Source: an uncultured Nitrososphaerota archaeon (GTDB taxonomy: Archaea > Thermoproteota > Nitrososphaeria > Nitrososphaerales > Gagatemarchaeaceae). From it: a stretch of 64,000 nt of DNA. The notes beneath the pieces are model-generated. The model saw only the letters and a list, made by a program, of their open reading frames with translations, had not been told where the DNA came from and made no database searches. The stretch lies in NCBI GenBank assembly GCA_963838925.1, contig CAWISW010000002.1, forward strand, positions 32,001 through 96,000, written 5' to 3'. The position numbers and the translations under genes were made by a program. Shown in pieces: positions 38,412 through 47,413 of this stretch (positions are counted from its first letter, which is position 1; each line of letters opens with the position of its first letter).

Positions 38412-39011
38412 TTGACGCCAAGCCTGAGCCAAAGAGCCGCGCTTTCAGGGTTGCTCGTTGCCGCTTCGTTGCTCTTGCTCCAGGCGCCCTCAGCCCTTGC
38501 TCAGGCTCCAGGTTCGCAGAACTCCTCGACCACAGGCCCGCATTCGATCTGGTGGGCATCATCCGTCTGGAACAACCGGATCCCCGGAGACACCGTCAGG
38601 TACCTCTTCCTAGTATACAACAACGACCCAGCCAACAAGACGATGACGCTGAAGACGCTCTCGCTCCAGACCCCTTGGGCCAACTACACCGCCACGGGGC
38701 TCCCAGCCTCGCTTTGCGTCAGCTGTAGGTACGCCTGGGCGCAGTTCCTGACCATCCCATCGACACAGCAGCCGGCCAATGTCACTTTCTACACGAGGCT
38801 CACAGGGACCTACGGTTCCGGCGCGCCTCTATGCGCTGACACAAACAACGTCTGCGAGGACGTGACTCCGGTGACCATCGGCACCAACTCGTCCTCTCTG
38901 CAGCAGACCGTAAACAACTACTCGAACTTCTACCTACCTCTTGGCGTAGGGATCCCTAGCCTCGTCGCGGTGGTTCTCTTGGTGCTGTACCTGAGGAAGC
39001 CCTCTCTCTAA
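38412..39011 (+). CDS. Secreted protein with C-terminal membrane anchor
   Basis: Signal peptide (ALA|Q), beta-rich domain with 4 Cys, C-terminal TM helix + RK. Confidence 0.75.
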   Translation: MTPSLSQRAALSGLLVAASLLLLQAPSALAQAPGSQNSSTTGPHSIWWASSVWNNRIPGDTVRYLFLVYNNDPANKTMTLKTLSLQTPWANYTATGLPASLCVSCRYAWAQFLTIPSTQQPANVTFYTRLTGTYGSGAPLCADTNNVCEDVTPVTIGTNSSSLQQTVNNYSNFYLPLGVGIPSLVAVVLLVLYLRKPSL

Positions 39012-39214
39012 GCCGTAGCCTTGCGGATTCAACGTCCATCTTGCCAAAGTCCTTTCGACTTGCTCGACCACGCGGAGGGGGCGCCTCCCCATCCGCACCG
39101 AGCCGGTCATCGACTAGGGGCACAAACCGCCCTCTTTCAGGGAATCTAGGTCAGTGCTCTTCCAAGTCGTTAGGTTGTCTGGGACTTGCCTACCGGTCTT
39201 GAGGTTAACTTGCG

Positions 39215-39541
39215 CTATCGCTTTGCTGCGCCGCTGACAGCCAAGGAGATCTTCCTTCCGTCAACCTCCAAGGCAGTGAGCGCCCCCTGGGAGCTCGACG
39301 TTACCCTAAAGTCCACTAGGCGACGTTCGCCCTTGACCCCGCTTATCTTCAGGAAGCCCTCGACGGAGTTCCCGTCGACCTGCCGAATCTTGAGTCCGAC
39401 GAGCTTCTTGCCCTTGAGGTAGTTCTTCTCGAGAGCCAATCGAATCTTGCCCTCAAGCGCCGTCCCTCTGTCTTCAGCCGCCGTGGCCCGAGCGCGCTGT
39501 TGCGCGTCTGCTGCAGCCGGCTTTGCTCGCATTGACTCCAT
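39215..39541 (-). CDS. Hypothetical basic protein
   Basis: TGATG coupling with upstream cupredoxin gene. Confidence 0.55.
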   Translation of the reverse strand: MESMRAKPAAADAQQRARATAAEDRGTALEGKIRLALEKNYLKGKKLVGLKIRQVDGNSVEGFLKISGVKGERRLVDFRVTSSSQGALTALEVDGRKISLAVSGAAKR

Positions 39542-40515
39542 CAACCTGATTTCACTATTACGGTCCCGACCATCCATGGGTGGTAGAGGCAGTGGTACTC
39601 GTAGGTCCCTGGCGTTGTGAAGGTGAAGGTGAACGTGCCCGTCGGCGCGATGTTCCCGGAGCCGAAGCTCCCGTCGTTCGCCGTGACCGTGTGCGGGGCG
39701 CTGTCGTCGTTCACCCACGTCACAGTGTTGTTGACTCCTATCACTACCGTCACCGGAGAGGGCGCAAAGGACTGCGCGATCGAAGCGTTGGCTCCAGATC
39801 CCTGGACCATGTCCACCGTGGTAATGTTCGGCGAGGAGCCGCCCGCCTGCCCTGGAGTCGAGGCCTTTCCTGTGTACGCCGAGTCGGGGAGAACAGTGAG
39901 GTACCCTATCATCCCGATTTCAGCGTGATAGGTGCACACGAACTCGAAGATCCCCGCGTACTTCGCGACGAAGCTGTAGGTCGCGGAGACTCCGCCGGGC
40001 TTCCCAGTCACCACAACTCCTGGGGAGCTGTTCTTCTGGGGCGTGCTGAAGGTCTGACCTGTGATGTCGTTTACCAGGCCAGGCACCGTCGCATTAACGA
40101 TTATGTTGTAAGGCGGCCCTATGACAAAGTCGTGGGCGACTGTATCGTTGTCGATTAGCGTGAGGTCCACCGTGTCGCCTTGGTTCACTACGATGGTCGA
40201 GGGGTCGAACCTATCCTGAGCGGCCGCAGGCGAGAGGTACCACGTCTCCCTGATCTGCCTTATGGTGTTCGTCTGGTTCATTACCGGTAGCGAAAGAGCG
40301 TTGACGACCGCGCTCGAGCTCGTGGTAGTGGTCGTGGCGGGGCTCTTGCTTCCCGCGGCGACTGCAGACTGCAGCGAAGATATCTGCTGCGAGTTCGTGC
40401 TCACCACGCTCAAAGATGCAAAAGCCATGGTGCCGAAGATCAGCACTAGCCCCACAAGAGCGCCCTCAACGGTCGTAACCCCTACTCGACGTGCTCTCCT
40501 CGAAACCAGTCTCAT
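39541..40515 (-). CDS. Two-domain blue copper protein with class III-like signal peptide
   Basis: HDF...CTYHAEIGM and HTV...CLYHPWM; RRARRVG|VTT leader. Confidence 0.87.
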   Translation of the reverse strand: MRLVSRRARRVGVTTVEGALVGLVLIFGTMAFASLSVVSTNSQQISSLQSAVAAGSKSPATTTTTSSSAVVNALSLPVMNQTNTIRQIRETWYLSPAAAQDRFDPSTIVVNQGDTVDLTLIDNDTVAHDFVIGPPYNIIVNATVPGLVNDITGQTFSTPQKNSSPGVVVTGKPGGVSATYSFVAKYAGIFEFVCTYHAEIGMIGYLTVLPDSAYTGKASTPGQAGGSSPNITTVDMVQGSGANASIAQSFAPSPVTVVIGVNNTVTWVNDDSAPHTVTANDGSFGSGNIAPTGTFTFTFTTPGTYEYHCLYHPWMVGTVIVKSG

Positions 40516-40612
40516 CACGCGAATCAAGGCGTCGCGGAGTATATCTCGCCGCCTGTACGTTCTCATGCAACCCGCATAGGCTTATGTACAAATGCACACG
40601 CCGCGGGACGCC

Positions 40613-41206
40613 ATGGCGAGGACAAACATTGCCGTGGAGGAGGAGACGGCGGACCTCCTGGCCGACGAAGCCACGAGAGAGAACAAGAGCCTCTACGCGA
40701 TAACGAACGAGGCTCTAACGGCTGTCTTGAAGATCTGCAAGTATGGAGGAGCACCTGACGAGGTGTACCCGTCATGGAGGTGGAGCAGGATCCTGAAGGA
40801 CACCGACGCCATCCCGCTCCCGGGAGGACTCATGGAGAAGCTCATGCAGAGGGCCTATGCAACAGACAAGGACTGGCTCCTCAACGAGTGGTTTGACGAG
40901 GGCCGGAGGGTGGGCTCCTACCTCCACATGTACGCCCCCGACTTCCAGACGCTGGCCACCAGAGTGGGCGAGCTCGAGGGGCTTCTGCCCGTCAAGAGGG
41001 TGGAAATCGACAAGAAGGACGACCAGGGGGCGGTCACGATATCAATAAGGATAATCGGCGCGGGCTTCTCTCATGAATCGACGAGCTGCACGGAGCAGTT
41101 CCTACTGGGGCTACTTGCTGCGTACCCGTACAAGATCACTGAGAACAGGGTCACCGACGGGATGATTGAGGTCACCGCCGTGGAAGAGAAAAGACCCACG
41201 CGCTGA
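40613..41206 (+). CDS. Probable ribbon-helix-helix regulator with C-terminal ligand-binding (V4R/H-NOX-like) domain
   Basis: RTNIAV beta strand + two helices; WFDEGRRVG and FLLGLL segments. Confidence 0.6.
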   Translation: MARTNIAVEEETADLLADEATRENKSLYAITNEALTAVLKICKYGGAPDEVYPSWRWSRILKDTDAIPLPGGLMEKLMQRAYATDKDWLLNEWFDEGRRVGSYLHMYAPDFQTLATRVGELEGLLPVKRVEIDKKDDQGAVTISIRIIGAGFSHESTSCTEQFLLGLLAAYPYKITENRVTDGMIEVTAVEEKRPTR

Positions 41207-41380
41207 AGGACCACCCAGAGCAACCCCAAAAAACGGCTGGAAGGACCATCTGAGGGCAGAAACCAGCCCTTATACTCCGGCAGGAGCGGGAACCTGTCCA
41301 CAGTTGTGCACATTCTTAGTCGAAGGGGCAACAAACGTACAAGCCGTGTCTAATACTACAAGGCTCTATCATGACGCCAG

Positions 41381-41932
41381 ATGGTTAGGATGGCACAGGA
41401 AATACAGCACGTCGACGGAGCAAGACCCCTGGCTCCGGGATTGCAAGGCAACATGCACCCTCTGCGCTTGCCGAAGTTCGACGATGTCAAGCCGCGGATT
41501 CACGCGGAGGATCCCGCGGTCCAAAACCTGCGGACCTCCAACGCGATTCTGGGAGCTCTGGGAGACGAGTCCTCGCGGAGGATACTCCTCTCGGCCATAG
41601 TTTCAGGGAAGACGGTCGAGGACATCAGCGCAGAGCAGAACCTTCCCTTGAGCACCTGCTACCGGCGGATTCGGCAGTTCGTGGATGAGGGACTCATGAT
41701 CTTGGAGAGGATAGTCGTCACCCGGACTGGAAAGAAGTACGCGCTCTACAGAACCTCGTTCTCGGAGGCTGCGCTGAAGCTCAACGGTGGGGAGGTATCC
41801 ATCGAGGTCGTCCCCAACGCCGACGTCCTCGACAAGCTTCACTCGAGGTGGATTTCGACGAATTACTCTCAGCCTGGTCAAGCTGCCGGCCTTCCGACGA
41901 AGGCCAGGGCATGCAAGAGTCCATTCGAGTGA
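41381..41932 (+). CDS. ArsR-like winged-helix regulator
   Basis: ALGDESSRRIL, LPLSTCYRRI, GKKYALY. Confidence 0.82.
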   Translation: MVRMAQEIQHVDGARPLAPGLQGNMHPLRLPKFDDVKPRIHAEDPAVQNLRTSNAILGALGDESSRRILLSAIVSGKTVEDISAEQNLPLSTCYRRIRQFVDEGLMILERIVVTRTGKKYALYRTSFSEAALKLNGGEVSIEVVPNADVLDKLHSRWISTNYSQPGQAAGLPTKARACKSPFE

Positions 41933-41938
41933 GGGCCC

Positions 41939-42388
41939 GTGAAGGGAGACCTTGCCCCTCGGGGGTATAGGAGAATCCTTCTGGGGTTCGATGGCTCAGA
42001 GAACTCGAAGAGGGCGCTTGCCCGCGCGATTGGACTGGCCAAAGAGGGCGCCACTCTTCGTATCGCAGTCGTGGTTAACACCATCCTGACGGTTTACGGG
42101 CCTACCGCGCCATACTACCCGCCGGGCTACGCTGAACAGGTCATGAAGGAGGGGGAGAACATCCTAGCAACCGCAGTCAGTCAGGCTAAGGAGGCTGGCC
42201 AGAACGTCTCAGGCTCCGTGGAGGATGGTCACCCGGCCGAGGTGATACTCGATCTCGCGGAGAGCGAGGGTGCCGACCTCATCGTGCTGGGCAGGAGAGG
42301 GATTTCGGGGGTCGAGAGATTCCTCATGGGCGGCGTCTCGTCGTCTGTCGTCAATCATTCCAAGTGCGACGTATTGATAGTAAAGTGA
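41939..42388 (+). CDS. Universal stress protein
   Basis: GFDGSENS, GHPAEVI, GRRG..MGGVS. Confidence 0.93.
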   Translation: MKGDLAPRGYRRILLGFDGSENSKRALARAIGLAKEGATLRIAVVVNTILTVYGPTAPYYPPGYAEQVMKEGENILATAVSQAKEAGQNVSGSVEDGHPAEVILDLAESEGADLIVLGRRGISGVERFLMGGVSSSVVNHSKCDVLIVK

Positions 42389-42440
42389 GGGGAGCCTGTA
42401 AGCTTCTGCCGAAGCAGTTCAGACGAACGCCCGCGGGAAG

Positions 42441-42596
42441 ACCGCGCGGAGGAAAGAGATGGGGCCTTTGACCCTCGTCGCCCTTGGCGTAGGCGGCGTG
42501 ATTGGCTCCAGTGTCTTCGGTCTGCCGGCAACAATGGGTTTTTCAGACGAGCCTGTTACCCATGAAGGCAGTATTGCAAAGTCGCCTGTCCGATGA
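42441..42596 (+). pseudogene. N-terminal remnant of APC family amino acid permease (ArcD-like position)
   Basis: Hand translation TARRKEMGPLTLVALGVGGVIGSSVFGLPATMG = APC TM1 signature, then unrelated sequence and stop. Confidence 0.7.
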
Positions 42597-42612
42597 GGAA
42601 GGGGAAGCCTGA

Positions 42613-43917
42613 GTGGACACGACCGTCAGGGCAGAGTGGGACCCGCTAAATGAGGTCGTCATCCACAGGCCGGGAATCGAGATGTTCTTCGGCCTCATGG
42701 CGCCGTCCTCGTTCCTCTACGAGAGGGCCTTCAGCATGGACGAAGCCATCCACGAGCACAAAGAGCTGGAGCACGCGCTTGTCTCGTCGGGGGTGAAAGT
42801 CCATCGACTGAAGCGCCTCGCGGTGCGCCTCGCCGGCGAGAACCCGGAGCTCCTCCAGAGGGCTAGGGCGTACGCGGTCGACATAGTGAAGTTCCAGGGC
42901 CCGAGCGAGGACGTCAGAAGGGCACGGCGTGAATTCAAGAAGAGCGTGACCGACCTCGACGCTGAGACGATCTTCAACATCCTCCTGCTCAGGCCGGGCG
43001 TCGCCCTTGAGAAGAAGGGCGCGGGGGTAGTCCTTCCGCGAGTGACCCTCGACGTCCCCCTCGCGAATCTCTACTTCATGAGAGACCAGCAGGCGGTCTC
43101 TGACAGGGGCGTGCTTGTCGGTAGGATGTCGAAGCCCCAGAGGCAGATGGAGCCTCTGATCACGGCGGAGATCCTAGAGATGGCAGGCGCGAGGATCGCC
43201 TACCGCGTCAAGCCGCCAGGCACATTCGAAGGGGGCGACTTCATGCCAGCGGGCGAGTTCGCGATGCTCGGGCTCGGCGACAGGACGAACCGGAGCGGGG
43301 TCGATCAGATTCTAGGCAAGGGACTGGGGTTCGAAGAAGTTGCCGTCGTCCAGCAACCTTCCCATCCACTGATCCCCGGCGACCAGCCGGACCCCATGAT
43401 CAACATGCATCTCGACAGCTACCTGAACGTCGCTGGAAAGGGGATAGCGGTCGGGTGCGTCCCATTGCTGAAGCGCGCCAAGGTCGAGGTGTACAAGCGG
43501 ACGCCGAGGGGAGCCTACCGGCGCCAGCCTGGCGGCCCTAACATCCACGACTACCTGGTGGCCCACGGGTTCACAGTCGTGCCGATCACCACGCTCGAGC
43601 AGATGTGCTACGCCTCCAACTTCCTCTGCCTGCGAGACCGCAAGATCATGGCGGTTGAAGTGGAGAAGGTGGCGGACAAGGTCCTTAGGAACCTGGAGTT
43701 CCAATCGAGGCTCCTACCTCACCGCTACAAGAGGCTGTTCGAGGAAGCGAGGGATGAGAACGCGCGCCTCAGGGAGTCGGGCCAGTTCTTCCCCCACAAG
43801 AGAGAGTTCATCGACCTCGGCGTTGATACTACGACGCTATCGCTCGAGGAGATAACCGGAGGCTACGGCGGCGCGCATTGCATGACCTGCGTCCTGAGCA
43901 GAAAGCAGAATAGCTAG
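42613..43917 (+). CDS. arcA: Arginine deiminase
   Basis: NLYFMRDQ, FEGGDF, MHLD, GGYGGAHCMT. Confidence 0.9.
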   Translation: MDTTVRAEWDPLNEVVIHRPGIEMFFGLMAPSSFLYERAFSMDEAIHEHKELEHALVSSGVKVHRLKRLAVRLAGENPELLQRARAYAVDIVKFQGPSEDVRRARREFKKSVTDLDAETIFNILLLRPGVALEKKGAGVVLPRVTLDVPLANLYFMRDQQAVSDRGVLVGRMSKPQRQMEPLITAEILEMAGARIAYRVKPPGTFEGGDFMPAGEFAMLGLGDRTNRSGVDQILGKGLGFEEVAVVQQPSHPLIPGDQPDPMINMHLDSYLNVAGKGIAVGCVPLLKRAKVEVYKRTPRGAYRRQPGGPNIHDYLVAHGFTVVPITTLEQMCYASNFLCLRDRKIMAVEVEKVADKVLRNLEFQSRLLPHRYKRLFEEARDENARLRESGQFFPHKREFIDLGVDTTTLSLEEITGGYGGAHCMTCVLSRKQNS

Positions 43918-43991
43918 GATCGCGGTCAGCGACGCCGTAGGTGAGATACGGGCATCTCTCACACCGCGGTTGGACCCACCGAATGGCGAGC

Positions 43992-44011
43992 TTTCTCAAG
44001 GATGAGAAACG
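43992..44011 (+). promoter_or_regulatory. TCA-N4-TGA palindrome 12 nt upstream of TATA
   Basis: TTTCTCA-AGGA-TGAGAAA-CG perfect 7-bp inverted repeat; TTATAT at 44022. Confidence 0.65.
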
Positions 44012-44057
44012 ACAGAGCGGCTTATATTGCGACCGTGCCGCTAGAATCGGAAGACAA

Positions 44058-45311
44058 TTGCCGAGGTCGCTCGGGTCTGACATTGACGAAGCCAACAAGA
44101 AGGCGGTTGCCCGGATTATAGCCGCTGAGGCGGTTCTTGTAGACCTCAAGCCCGCCATAAAGGCCATCCCTGGATACAAGAGCGACCTGATCACTCACGC
44201 GGGCCCCCCGATCGAGTGGGGCAAGATGATCAGGGTGCAGAAGGTTGCGGTGATGAACGCCATCAGGGCCGAGGGCCTTGCCGACACGCCTGATCGAGCA
44301 GAGCGCCTGGTCAAGACCGGAGAGGTCAGACTGGAGCCCAACCACAACTATGGGAACGTCAGCGGGATGTGCGGAGTGACCTCGGCGTCCAGCCCCGTGC
44401 TCGTGTTCAAGGACAAGGTCCACGGGAACACCTCCACCGATTGGATGCAGACAGACCTCACGTCATTCGCCGACAAGTACGAGAGGGGCATCAAGGAGGT
44501 CGAGTTCGTCAAGAAGACCCTTGCCCCGGTGATGGCAGCCACCATCAAGCAAGCGGGGGGTTTCAACATCAAGGAGCTCTTGGCGAAGGGGTTGACCATG
44601 GGGGATGAGCTTCACGGCTCGTTTGACGCCACCCGGGGCGTGTTCATGAACTGGATTCTCCCGCACATAGTCAGGACGGGGTTCCCGAAGGAGACGCTCG
44701 GGAAGGTCGGAGACTACTTCATGGGGAACGGGGGCAGGTGGTACTGCGGCAACCTGATGATGGGGGCGTGCAAGGTGATGATGGACGCCGCCAAGGGAGT
44801 AAAGTCTAGCACCATTGTGACCGCGATGGCAAGGAACGGCGTCGACTTCGGCGTCAAGGTGAGCGCCTTGGGCGACAGGTGGTTCACCGGCCCTGCGGGA
44901 GAGATCAAAGGCTTCATCTTCCCGGGGTTCAGCGCGGCCGACGCTGCGCCGGACATCGGAGACAGCGCAATCTCCGAGTCGAGAGGCCTCGGTGGGACCG
45001 CGCTCTCGGCTTCTCCGTCTCAGGCGAGGCTCTTCGGGGGGGCGCTGCAAGAGGCGGTGCAGCACACCCGCGCTATGCGAAAGGTCTCGATCATAGAGGA
45101 CCCTCTCTTCCGCATCCCCTACATGGATTTCGTGGGCGTCCCGCTGGGCATCGACATCCGCAAGGTGGTGGAGCTGAACACCGCTCCGAGAATCGACACT
45201 GGAATAGCACACAAGGACGGAGGCCACGGCATCATAGGCACGGGCATCGCGGACGCGCCGATGGCCGCGTTCAAGAAGGCGGTCGCGGCCTTCGCCTCAG
45301 AGTACGCATAG
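44058..45311 (+). CDS. DUF1116 / YlbE (AllG)-like protein
   Basis: HAGPPI, MGDELH, TAMARNG.DFG, PDIGDSAI.E, GIDI, IDTGIAHK. Confidence 0.88.
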   Translation: MPRSLGSDIDEANKKAVARIIAAEAVLVDLKPAIKAIPGYKSDLITHAGPPIEWGKMIRVQKVAVMNAIRAEGLADTPDRAERLVKTGEVRLEPNHNYGNVSGMCGVTSASSPVLVFKDKVHGNTSTDWMQTDLTSFADKYERGIKEVEFVKKTLAPVMAATIKQAGGFNIKELLAKGLTMGDELHGSFDATRGVFMNWILPHIVRTGFPKETLGKVGDYFMGNGGRWYCGNLMMGACKVMMDAAKGVKSSTIVTAMARNGVDFGVKVSALGDRWFTGPAGEIKGFIFPGFSAADAAPDIGDSAISESRGLGGTALSASPSQARLFGGALQEAVQHTRAMRKVSIIEDPLFRIPYMDFVGVPLGIDIRKVVELNTAPRIDTGIAHKDGGHGIIGTGIADAPMAAFKKAVAAFASEYA

Positions 45312-45321
45312 CCGCGCGAGG

Positions 45322-46365
45322 ATGGGGCATCTCATGGCGCAGGTGTCGACGGGAAAGTTACTTCCCTACCTGCTCGGAGTCATCGCGTCGCTGGCGCTTT
45401 TCTCAGTCATCCTGTCGGCTTTCGGGTACAGCCCCGTGTCGAGCATGGAGGGGCTCGTGTCGGGGTCGTTCGGAACGCCCTTCCTCGCCTCTGAGACGTT
45501 CTTCCTGATGGGGCCGCTGCTGCTCGCCGCCCTCGCGTTCCTCGTGCCGTTCAGGGCCCGGTTTTACAACATCGGGGTGGAAGGTCAGCTCTACATCGGC
45601 GCGCTCTTCGGGTACCTTGCGGCCTCACACCTCGGAGGCTTCCCCAGCGCGTTCGCAATCCCGGTGATGCTGTTGGCCGCGGTCGCTGGAGGGACGCTCT
45701 GGCTCGCGCTCCCGCTCTTTATGAGAATCAAGCTCCAGGTGAACGAGATATTCCCCACGCTCGTCATGAATTTCATCGCCCTGGACGTGGTGAATTGGCT
45801 CACGGCAGGACCGCTCAAGGACCCCCTGTCTGGGAACCTCCAGACCCCCGCCCTGCCGCAGTCGACCTGGCTCCCCGCTCTCATCAAGAGCACCCAACTC
45901 AACGTGGGGGTCATAGTCGCCCTGGCGGGGGCAATCGCGGTCTACTTTGTCCTATACAAGACGGTTCTGGGTTACGAGATCAGGGCGTCCGGAGCGAGCC
46001 CTAGAGCGGCGCAGAGCGGGGGCATAAGCGTCTCGAGGAGCATTCTCGCTGTGGGGCTGATGAGCGGGGCCCTCGCGGGCCTGGCGGGCATCGTGGTGGT
46101 GGCTGGCGTCGATCACGTGCTAGCGCAGAACTTCTCACCCGGATACGGCTATCAGGGAATCTCCGTGGCCGCCCTAGGCTCGTTCCACCCGTTGGGCATA
46201 GTCGTCGCCTCCGTGCTCTACGCGGCACTGTCAGTTGGTGGCGGGAGCCTGCAGCAAAGCGCCGCGGCGATACCGATTGACCTGATCTACGCCCTGCAGG
46301 CGATAATAGTGTTGTCTGTCCTGGTCGTCGAGAAGTGGATCGGCGACAGGGCGAGGAGGCGCTGA
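45322..46365 (+). CDS. ABC permease (nucleoside/CUT2 type)
   Basis: YNIGVEGQ, NEIFPTL, LGYEIRA.G, GYGYQGI.VA.LG. Confidence 0.92.
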   Translation: MGHLMAQVSTGKLLPYLLGVIASLALFSVILSAFGYSPVSSMEGLVSGSFGTPFLASETFFLMGPLLLAALAFLVPFRARFYNIGVEGQLYIGALFGYLAASHLGGFPSAFAIPVMLLAAVAGGTLWLALPLFMRIKLQVNEIFPTLVMNFIALDVVNWLTAGPLKDPLSGNLQTPALPQSTWLPALIKSTQLNVGVIVALAGAIAVYFVLYKTVLGYEIRASGASPRAAQSGGISVSRSILAVGLMSGALAGLAGIVVVAGVDHVLAQNFSPGYGYQGISVAALGSFHPLGIVVASVLYAALSVGGGSLQQSAAAIPIDLIYALQAIIVLSVLVVEKWIGDRARRR

Positions 46366-46370
46366 CGAGG

Positions 46371-47315
46371 ATGGTTTCCTACGGCGACCTCATCATATCG
46401 ATTCTGGCAGCCAGCCTCCCCTTGACGATGCCCATTCTCTATGCATCAATCGGCGAAGTGTACGCCGAGAGGTCAGGCGTGCTAAACATGGGCATCGAGG
46501 GCGTGATGAGCCTGTCTGCGTTCGTCTCGCTTTGGGTCACCTTCTCGACGGGGTCATATCTCTATGGGCTTCTTGCAGGAGTGGCCGTCGGGGCGGCGAT
46601 GGGTCTCCTTCACTCATTCGCAACGGTCAGGATAGGAATCAACCAGCTAATCGCGGGGCTCATGATATACTTCCTGGCGCTTTCTTTGGGCGATTTCGGA
46701 TACGTGATAGTGACGAAGACCACCTATCTGCACGTACGCCCGATATCACCCGTGCAGATCCCCCTGCTGAGCGGTCTTCCTGTCGTGGGGCCTATCCTGT
46801 TCAGCCAGAACGTCCTGGTCTATGCTTCGTTCGCGTCGGCCATACTGCTGGGTTGGGTCCTCTACAAGACAACGTGGGGCCTGAAGATCAGGGCGGTGGG
46901 AGAGAACCCCGAAGCCGCCGACTCGGCGGGAGTCAACGTCAATCTTGTCAGGCACTTGTGCGTGATCCTTGGCGCTACTCTTGCCGGACTGGCGGGGGCG
47001 TCCCTCGTCCTTGGCTACCTCGGCCTCTACGCGACAGGGGACACACTCGTGGCAGGGCGTGGGTGGATTGCAATCGTCGTCGTGATCTTCGGAAGATGGA
47101 GCCCCTACAAGGCAATCGTGGGGGCGTGGGTCTTCGGGCTAGGATACTCGATAGCCGCGGTGTTCATCGGCTCGGGCCTGTTCTCCAGCCTCGGACCTGG
47201 GTCAGGGTACTTCCTGCTGGCGATACCGTACATCTTCGCGATAGTCTTCATAATCCTCTTCCACAGGGGAACCAAATCCCCCTCGTCCCTTACGGTTCCC
47301 TACAAGCGGAAGTAG
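46371..47315 (+). CDS. ABC permease (nucleoside/CUT2 type)
   Basis: ERSGVLNMGIEG, RAVGENP, GRGWIAI..VIFGRW. Confidence 0.92.
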   Translation: MVSYGDLIISILAASLPLTMPILYASIGEVYAERSGVLNMGIEGVMSLSAFVSLWVTFSTGSYLYGLLAGVAVGAAMGLLHSFATVRIGINQLIAGLMIYFLALSLGDFGYVIVTKTTYLHVRPISPVQIPLLSGLPVVGPILFSQNVLVYASFASAILLGWVLYKTTWGLKIRAVGENPEAADSAGVNVNLVRHLCVILGATLAGLAGASLVLGYLGLYATGDTLVAGRGWIAIVVVIFGRWSPYKAIVGAWVFGLGYSIAAVFIGSGLFSSLGPGSGYFLLAIPYIFAIVFIILFHRGTKSPSSLTVPYKRK

Positions 47316-47338
47316 GGGCCGAAACATCGGTTCTCTGC

Positions 47339-47358
47339 GTTCTCATGGATGGAAATCG
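47339..47358 (+). promoter_or_regulatory. TCA-N4-TGR palindrome upstream of TATA
   Basis: GTTCTCA-TGGA-TGGAAATCG then TATATATA at 47368. Confidence 0.6.
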
Positions 47359-47413
47359 TATCCGCGGTATATATAGCGACGAGACGCTATAGCCCGCAAG
47401 GAGAAGATACCAT

